Shown here piece by piece: positions 58,833 through 64,000 of a stretch of 64,000 bases of DNA. The number at the start of each line of letters is the position of its first letter. The first letter of the stretch is position 1. A program made the position numbers and the translations under genes. Where the stretch lies: IMG/VR virus record IMGVR_UViG_3300037483_000076, positions 1-64,000 of that record. One strand, 5' to 3'. The DNA is from a virus. The notes under the pieces are model-generated. The model was not told where the DNA came from. It did no database searches and worked only from the letters and a program-made list of their open reading frames with translations.

Positions 58833-59059
58833 GAGTTAGATATAATTAATTCAAGTTCTTTTTTTCTACTCCAATAATAATCAGAATTTAGATAATCTTT
58901 AGCTAATTCTAATTCTTGTAGTTGTATAGGAGCTTCACATCTTGGGCAAATAGCTATATCAGTTGATTCTAGCTTTGTCCAATCTTCACTTGTCATGTTT
59001 CTTGTACTTCTTATGAGTGAATTACAAAGATCACATAGTATTCCTGATAATTTTTTCAT
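58829..59059 (-). CDS. Small zinc-finger-like protein
   Basis: CDLC...CPRC. Confidence 0.6.
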   Translation of the reverse strand: MKKLSGILCDLCNSLIRSTRNMTSEDWTKLESTDIAICPRCEAPIQLQELELAKDYLNSDYYWSRKKELELIISNS

Positions 59060-59060
59060 A

Positions 59061-59279
59061 TCAATATGATTTTGTTCCTTTAACTATTAGTTTAGTTAGA
59101 AAGTTTTCTTTTAATTGATTATTAATTACTTTAATACATTTTTTACAAATATGGATGTCAGCGGTTGTATTAGTAACAATAGTTAATTGTTCCAAGCACA
59201 TTGAATATCCTGAATAAATATCCTTATCAAGTACATTGTTCATACAAAGATTACATTGATACATATAATTCTTACTCAT
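59061..59279 (-). CDS. Small zinc-finger-like protein
   Basis: CNLC...HICKKC. Confidence 0.6.
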   Translation of the reverse strand: MSKNYMYQCNLCMNNVLDKDIYSGYSMCLEQLTIVTNTTADIHICKKCIKVINNQLKENFLTKLIVKGTKSY

Positions 59280-59281
59280 AA

Positions 59282-59380
59282 TTATGTAAAGTTTAAGTCA
59301 TTATCATCTCCAGTATTACCTGATAGTAGGTAGTAAAATAGTGCTATCACTAATACTGACACTATAAATAATTCTGTCAT
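59282..59380 (-). CDS. 32-aa single-TM protein, not in ORF track
   Basis: MTELFIVSVLVIALFYYLLSGNTGDDNDLNFT; starts right after upstream TAA and fills the gap. Confidence 0.65.
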   Translation of the reverse strand: MTELFIVSVLVIALFYYLLSGNTGDDNDLNFT

Positions 59381-60385
59381 TTAAAAGTCCTCCAATATAA
59401 TTGGTGTATTTGTAGTGTAGCCACGTTTCTTATCAAGAAGTTGAAATTGCATCATAGGAACTTCTGGAGTAAATCCAAATGCTCTACTCATTTCGTTATA
59501 TCCTATTACAGCTCCGTTGATACGAACTTTAGGACTAACAATGTATCTATGCCAATGACCTATCCAAGCCATATCGAAAGGCATTACAGCGTTTTCACGA
59601 TAAGACCATTTATTTAAGCCTACTTCTATTCCACCTATTCCACCTTGGTAATTAAAGTGATTTCCATGAGAGAATTTGTTTATTTTACCATAAATATTAT
59701 AGTAGATATATGGAGATTCAGATATGATAAATTCTATGTTTGTGAATCCAGCATTCTTGAAATAGTCTGATAAATGTTGATATATAATTGCTTCAAATGA
59801 AGTATCGAATGTATTCTTAAAGTGATTCTTTTTAGTAGTTCTACTATGATTACCTATGGAACAAGGTATTACTATCTTTACTAGATCTCCCATTTCAGCA
59901 ATAGTCTTAATACCCCTAGTTAATAACTGTTCTACTAAAAGAGTGGCTCTTACGGGAGTCATTGAATTTGTTTCAATTAATTCGTCATGTATCCATCCAG
60001 AGATGAAGTCACCTACTAAATGAAGAACCAGATTGTCGATTCTAATTCCTGCTCTACGTTGAAGTCTTATCATATAGATAAGTCTAGTGAAATATCTTTC
60101 TAACCGTAATTCAGCAATTTCTGGATTATAGGAATTAAGTTTATTAGTAATATTAGGATTAACTATCTCATCAATATGAACATCTCCTAATTGTGTAATT
60201 ACTGTACACTCTTCTTTATAGGATCTATTAGCTTTGATTACATAGGAATCTAAATTAGTTAAATTCTCTATTTTAATAGATTCTATTACAGATCTAGCAG
60301 CTTTAAGTTCATCTACCTCTTTCTGTAATATTCCTATTTGTTTTGTCTGTCTTTTATCTACTAATAGTTTTTTTGATTTTGCCAT
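59381..60385 (-). CDS. Calcineurin-like metallophosphoesterase/nuclease
   Basis: GDVH, GDFISG.IH, GNHSR, SHG, GHWH. Confidence 0.85.
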   Translation of the reverse strand: MAKSKKLLVDKRQTKQIGILQKEVDELKAARSVIESIKIENLTNLDSYVIKANRSYKEECTVITQLGDVHIDEIVNPNITNKLNSYNPEIAELRLERYFTRLIYMIRLQRRAGIRIDNLVLHLVGDFISGWIHDELIETNSMTPVRATLLVEQLLTRGIKTIAEMGDLVKIVIPCSIGNHSRTTKKNHFKNTFDTSFEAIIYQHLSDYFKNAGFTNIEFIISESPYIYYNIYGKINKFSHGNHFNYQGGIGGIEVGLNKWSYRENAVMPFDMAWIGHWHRYIVSPKVRINGAVIGYNEMSRAFGFTPEVPMMQFQLLDKKRGYTTNTPIILEDF

Positions 60386-60401
60386 TTCTGATAGATTTTA
60401 A

Positions 60402-60611
60402 TTAAATACTCATTGTTGATTTAAGGATATTGTATATATTCTTAGATTGTTTTGTAATTGATTTTTTATCAACAACTTTTATAGTGTAAAATCCTCCTGC
60501 TCTTACTCCAAGATAGTCAATTTTTAAATCTTTTGTTGTAGCATTATCTGAAGCTAGTTTAAGAGTCTGTTTGATTATAGATTGTAACTTTCTTTTTGAT
60601 AAATTTGTCAT
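60402..60611 (-). CDS. Hypothetical protein
   Basis: 69 aa, ATGA overlap. Confidence 0.5.
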   Translation of the reverse strand: MTNLSKRKLQSIIKQTLKLASDNATTKDLKIDYLGVRAGGFYTIKVVDKKSITKQSKNIYNILKSTMSI

Positions 60612-60826
60612 TTTCTTAAAGATTTTTGTTTATCTTCTTCATTAGATGGAAAGAATTTCCAATCTCTTATATTCCAACTATTAAATAATTTGTGAAGGAA
60701 TCCTATTGATTTAAATCCTTGTTCGCTTGATTTAATGAACTTACGGATTTGTTTATTAGCTGCTCGTTTATCTGAACGATGTGCTTTGTCTGTAAATACA
60801 GCAGTCTTTTTAGTGGAGTTGCTCAT
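60608..60826 (-). CDS. Small basic hypothetical protein
   Basis: KRAANKQIRK...KLFNSWNIRDW. Confidence 0.6.
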   Translation of the reverse strand: MSNSTKKTAVFTDKAHRSDKRAANKQIRKFIKSSEQGFKSIGFLHKLFNSWNIRDWKFFPSNEEDKQKSLRK

Positions 60827-60834
60827 ATTATTTA

Positions 60835-61203
60835 TTATCTGGTAAATCCTTCGATAATTCTATTTAGGTTATTAAAAGAACGAATATACTGAGGATCTTT
60901 ATGTTTTAATTGTAATTCGGTACGATTCTTATTATACCATATTATATTAGTCCTACCTGTATATCCTAATAATGTCATAATTTCAGAATGTTCTAATTTA
61001 AACATACTAACTAAGTAATAAGAAATAAATCTTCTACAGAGTACATGTTCCATTTTTCTTAATAAAGGGAAAGCTATAATTTCATCTAATGTAAGATTAA
61101 AGTAATTCAGTACAATAGATACTATATCTTCTTTTGTTAGACTCTTTTTTGATAATATCCGACATGAATTGTCGTCTAAGTCTATTTCTACTATGAGTTT
61201 CAT
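60835..61203 (-). CDS. DnaA C-terminal-like helix-turn-helix protein
   Basis: IVLNYFNLTLDEI...RKMEHVLCRRFISYYL...SEIMTLLG. Confidence 0.55.
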   Translation of the reverse strand: MKLIVEIDLDDNSCRILSKKSLTKEDIVSIVLNYFNLTLDEIIAFPLLRKMEHVLCRRFISYYLVSMFKLEHSEIMTLLGYTGRTNIIWYNKNRTELQLKHKDPQYIRSFNNLNRIIEGFTR

Positions 61204-61221
61204 AAGTTTTGATAATTATGA

Positions 61222-61319
61222 TAAATAAAAATAGGACTATAATATATTAAGTTCCACCTCCCTATAAACTTCTAGTTAACTAAATAGTTCATATTAAGCT
61301 TAATATACTATAATCCTAT
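61222..61319 (-). terminator. Terminator-like 21-bp stem with 47-nt loop
   Basis: 61231-61251 pairs with 61299-61319; both + strand mismatches are G-U pairs on - strand; T-run follows. Confidence 0.65.
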
Positions 61320-61326
61320 AAATGTT

Positions 61327-61785
61327 TTAATCGAGAGTTATTGTGATTTTTTGTAAAAGATCTTCAGATATTTCTATTTTGACCTTCTTTTCGTTGTTAA
61401 ATTTGCTTAACTTATTAGACAAGTTATCTCTTTCTCTGTCTATATTTTTGATCTTTGTTGTATGATCAACATTGTATTTCTTGTCACTAATTTTTAAATC
61501 ACCTAGAAAATTACGAAATATTGTAAGTTCAGATAATAACTTTATGTTATCACTGTTACACCTATCTTCCCCCTTACCTTTCTTGAGATTAACTTCTTGA
61601 ATAGAAGTATTTAGAGTTATAACTAGTTCAGTTATTTCATCTCTGATAAGCTCTAATTCTACAATCTTGGAATCTGTTGGATTTTTTTCATAAATTTCTC
61701 TTATTTCTACATAAGTCTCGTTTCTAGTGTTTTCCAGCGCTTTCTTAAGCTGCACTGCTTTCACTAGACTGATTGTCTTCTTCAT
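61327..61785 (-). CDS. Hypothetical coiled-coil protein
   Basis: 152 aa; ISLVKAVQLKK...LSKFN. Confidence 0.6.
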   Translation of the reverse strand: MKKTISLVKAVQLKKALENTRNETYVEIREIYEKNPTDSKIVELELIRDEITELVITLNTSIQEVNLKKGKGEDRCNSDNIKLLSELTIFRNFLGDLKISDKKYNVDHTTKIKNIDRERDNLSNKLSKFNNEKKVKIEISEDLLQKITITLD

Positions 61786-61818
61786 TGATATCGTGTTACT
61801 ACGGGCTTTAAAATGCCC
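61727..61818. repeat. Dispersed element, copy 6 (spans a start codon)
   Basis: GC at 61737 and 61805; right arm ATCGTGTTACTACGGGCTTTAAAATGCCC. Confidence 0.55.
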
Positions 61819-61851
61819 TTATTTGACATATATGATAATTGTATTAATCTT

Positions 61852-62541
61852 TTATAGCATTGACATAAATAGATTGATATCCTTAATTGTAATAAGACTA
61901 TCTTTATTCATATCAACAATCTTGTTTTGTCTGTATACTTTTTTAGATATATCTACTTTTTTACCATTGTATATTCTATCTTTTCCTATGACTGTACTAT
62001 CATGTTTATGTAAGTCAATTGGACTGAATATAGCTAAATAGACATCAGATGCTTTATGCATCTTTTTGTTTCTTAAAGCTAGTTTGAAGTATTTGTGAAC
62101 ATAATCTAACTGTTGTAGTACAGTCATTTCTTGTAGATCTTCAGTTGTTGTTCCAAGACGTACGGCAGTACTAGGTAAAAATCCTATTAAACCTACTGCA
62201 CCAGAATGGATGTTTGGTCTACCTTTTAAAATAGGTCGTCCATACTTATCTTTATCCATCTCAATGTAGAATATCTTGTAAAGCCACTGTGACCTTATTC
62301 CTAAATCTTTAGCAATACTTCTAATCTTCTTTCTGTCTTCCTTAGTAAATGTAGAGGACATTTTGAAGTGTTTGACTGTTTTCATATCTATAGAATCTAA
62401 ATAAATATCAGATGTACTTTCTATAGGTTCTTGAACTGTAATTGCTATTTGGTTTAATTGTTTCCTCTCCATCTTTGATAGATTGGGAGCAAACGTTGTA
62501 TTAAACCAAAACATTAGGAATACAAATATGTACTTTTCCAT
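61852..62541 (-). CDS. Lysozyme-fold/lytic transglycosylase-like protein
   Basis: N-terminal hydrophobic segment; IE, N..SGAVGLIGF.P.TA..LG, QQLDYV.KYF, YLAIF.P, YRQN...D.NKD..IT. Confidence 0.75.
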   Translation of the reverse strand: MEKYIFVFLMFWFNTTFAPNLSKMERKQLNQIAITVQEPIESTSDIYLDSIDMKTVKHFKMSSTFTKEDRKKIRSIAKDLGIRSQWLYKIFYIEMDKDKYGRPILKGRPNIHSGAVGLIGFLPSTAVRLGTTTEDLQEMTVLQQLDYVHKYFKLALRNKKMHKASDVYLAIFSPIDLHKHDSTVIGKDRIYNGKKVDISKKVYRQNKIVDMNKDSLITIKDINLFMSML

Positions 62542-62769
62542 ATTATTTGTTTTGGTTTGACATGATTCTCTATTGCTAGAAAATCGTTAACGGTGTAATT
62601 ATACGTAAGGCTTTAGATAAGGGTTATTTATAATCACGTAGTTATATTTGCTTCTAAGCTTTGATGCATAGCTCACCTATATTTGATATATAGGGTGATA
62701 GGACTACCTCGGAAAGGTCATAACTTTAGTCCCAACCCCAGATATTTGAGTATCTGAGGCCAATTTGTG

Positions 62770-62803
62770 ATTAGTTTAAAGTCCAAGTTCCCCAACTTAG
62801 ACT
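62770..62803 (-). terminator. Probable terminator hairpin
   Basis: Minus strand AGTCTAAGTT-GGGG-AACTTGGACT overlapping the stop codon. Confidence 0.5.
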
Positions 62804-63338
62804 AGGTATTTATTAGAGATATGAAGCGAAATCTGTCATTTCTATCTTGTTTATTCTCTAGGTTTAATCGCCTTATATAATTAAAAGCATCACCTAATCC
62901 GTCTTTTAAAGTAGTATGAGTAATTCGCAAATTACTTATAACTTCACCAATTGTTATTTTATCTGAACTACTTTGAGGTAATTCAAACTGAGATCTTTCT
63001 ACTAACAGCTCGACTTTAGAGCTATTTCTTATTTTTACAAATTCGAAGTATATATAATCAATGATGTTTTTACGGGAAGATAATATATCTCGTAAATACT
63101 CATTATATACTACATAATAGTTTTGATTTCCATTCCTATAATTACTTAATCTCTTACTTAGATCAGTAAAAGCTAATTCAAAAATATTTACTTTACTTCC
63201 AAAGGAAATCCAGTGTTTCTTGAATCTTATGTTACCACTATTTGAGATAGTGATATAACTATATTCAGGAAATAACGTTTTTAAGATAAGCAATATTCGT
63301 TGCTTTCTAAGACTCGTGATTTCTAATTTTGATTTCAT
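62802..63338 (-). CDS. Hypothetical protein
   Basis: 178 aa; LKTLFPEY motif. Confidence 0.6.
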   Translation of the reverse strand: MKSKLEITSLRKQRILLILKTLFPEYSYITISNSGNIRFKKHWISFGSKVNIFELAFTDLSKRLSNYRNGNQNYYVVYNEYLRDILSSRKNIIDYIYFEFVKIRNSSKVELLVERSQFELPQSSSDKITIGEVISNLRITHTTLKDGLGDAFNYIRRLNLENKQDRNDRFRFISLINT

Positions 63339-63378
63339 TTTATGTGTATGATTTATGAAATACTGTTGATCCAGTAAG

Positions 63379-63804
63379 TCAAGTTCGTCCTAACTTATTC
63401 ACAGAGTGATATAAGTATAGGTTAAAATGAAGTCTACTCCTTATTTCTTGTAATCCAACCGTCTTTACGTCTGAGATAGAAACAGATTCATATGTTGTTA
63501 CAATAGAAGTATACACTTTACTTATTCCAAATATAGGAATTAGTAAGTTACTACTATTTAAATTTGTTGAATGATTATTACTATATATATTAGCAATACT
63601 ATTCACGTAATAATGGATGTTTGTTCCACTATTGATGAAAGAATAGTTTGTATCTAATACATTTGTTGCTAGCACAACATTGTTATCAGTACATGTAGCT
63701 AATACAGTAATATCATTCTTTTTTATTGTGTCTGTTGAGGTTGTTATATTTGATAGAAACATACCTATGAACAAACTGATTAAAAGAACGATAAACTTTT
63801 TCAT
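63379..63804 (-). CDS. Hypothetical protein with N-terminal signal/TM
   Basis: MKKFIVLLISLFIGMFLS; Asn/Ser/Thr-rich. Confidence 0.45.
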   Translation of the reverse strand: MKKFIVLLISLFIGMFLSNITTSTDTIKKNDITVLATCTDNNVVLATNVLDTNYSFINSGTNIHYYVNSIANIYSNNHSTNLNSSNLLIPIFGISKVYTSIVTTYESVSISDVKTVGLQEIRSRLHFNLYLYHSVNKLGRT

Positions 63805-64000
63805 GATTTTAATTTATTAGTTTTGTAAAATTTAAGATATTTTGATAATCTCGATTAAAACAGTACGATAATATGTCGTACAAATGATTTTGAAGTAGAA
63901 TTACACTTATGGTAAATACTATAGTAATAACCATTGTTCCTTGCCAATTCATAGAGTTTTTAGCATAGGAAAATAGATAGTACACTCCTGATATTAGTAA

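Noticed and set aside
38311-62041. Short nested ORFs in the replication block (38311, 41775, 43252, 46611, 46806, 47384, 47730, 48528, 55296, 56376, 57114, 57332, 61727)
   Set aside because: Overlap better-supported - strand genes; no independent evidence
1-64000. Stop-codon reassignment as in some crAss-like phages
   Set aside because: Genes are full length in the standard code, and TAG (11376) and TGA (8891, 12612) end genes at sensible boundaries; no suppressor tRNA seen
1-64000. CRISPR array, diversity-generating retroelement, integrase or invertase
   Set aside because: No regularly spaced direct repeats, reverse transcriptase or recombinase motifs seen by eye

Overview
AT-rich 64 kb segment of a crAss-like phage (Crassvirales; Bacteroidota host inferred), read in the standard genetic code, with two convergent blocks that meet at a terminator near 37.4 kb. 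The + strand block (1-37361) is structural: a glycosyltransferase/methyltransferase pair, tail-fibre and LRR genes, a lysis cassette containing a clan GH-A glycoside hydrolase, ring/HU-IHF/tail tubular/tail stabilization genes, a free-standing GIY-YIG endonuclease, and cargo proteins including a 3889-aa virion RNA polymerase (DFDID motif, zincin domain). The - strand block (37426-63804) holds replication and early genes: RNA ligase, AAA ATPases, PD-(D/E)XK nucleases, DUF5664, primase, DnaB, PolB, ThyX, UDG, phosphoesterases and a transglycosylase. Main signals not explained by the ORF track: (1) six copies of a ~95-bp pseudo-symmetric element with GC patches in ~11-bp phase, five of them overlapping coding sequence (gyrase-site-like or protein-wrapping site); (2) a 395-nt ORF-less group I intron splitting PolB at motif B, carrying a tRNA T-arm/CCA fragment in P8; (3) a 138-nt tRNA-like RNA with extra hairpins; (4) terminator-like stems enclosing 47-110 nt loops; (5) a UDG with Asn in place of the catalytic Asp; (6) three small genes missing from the track. 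All calls come from motif recognition by eye; no database search or folding program was run.
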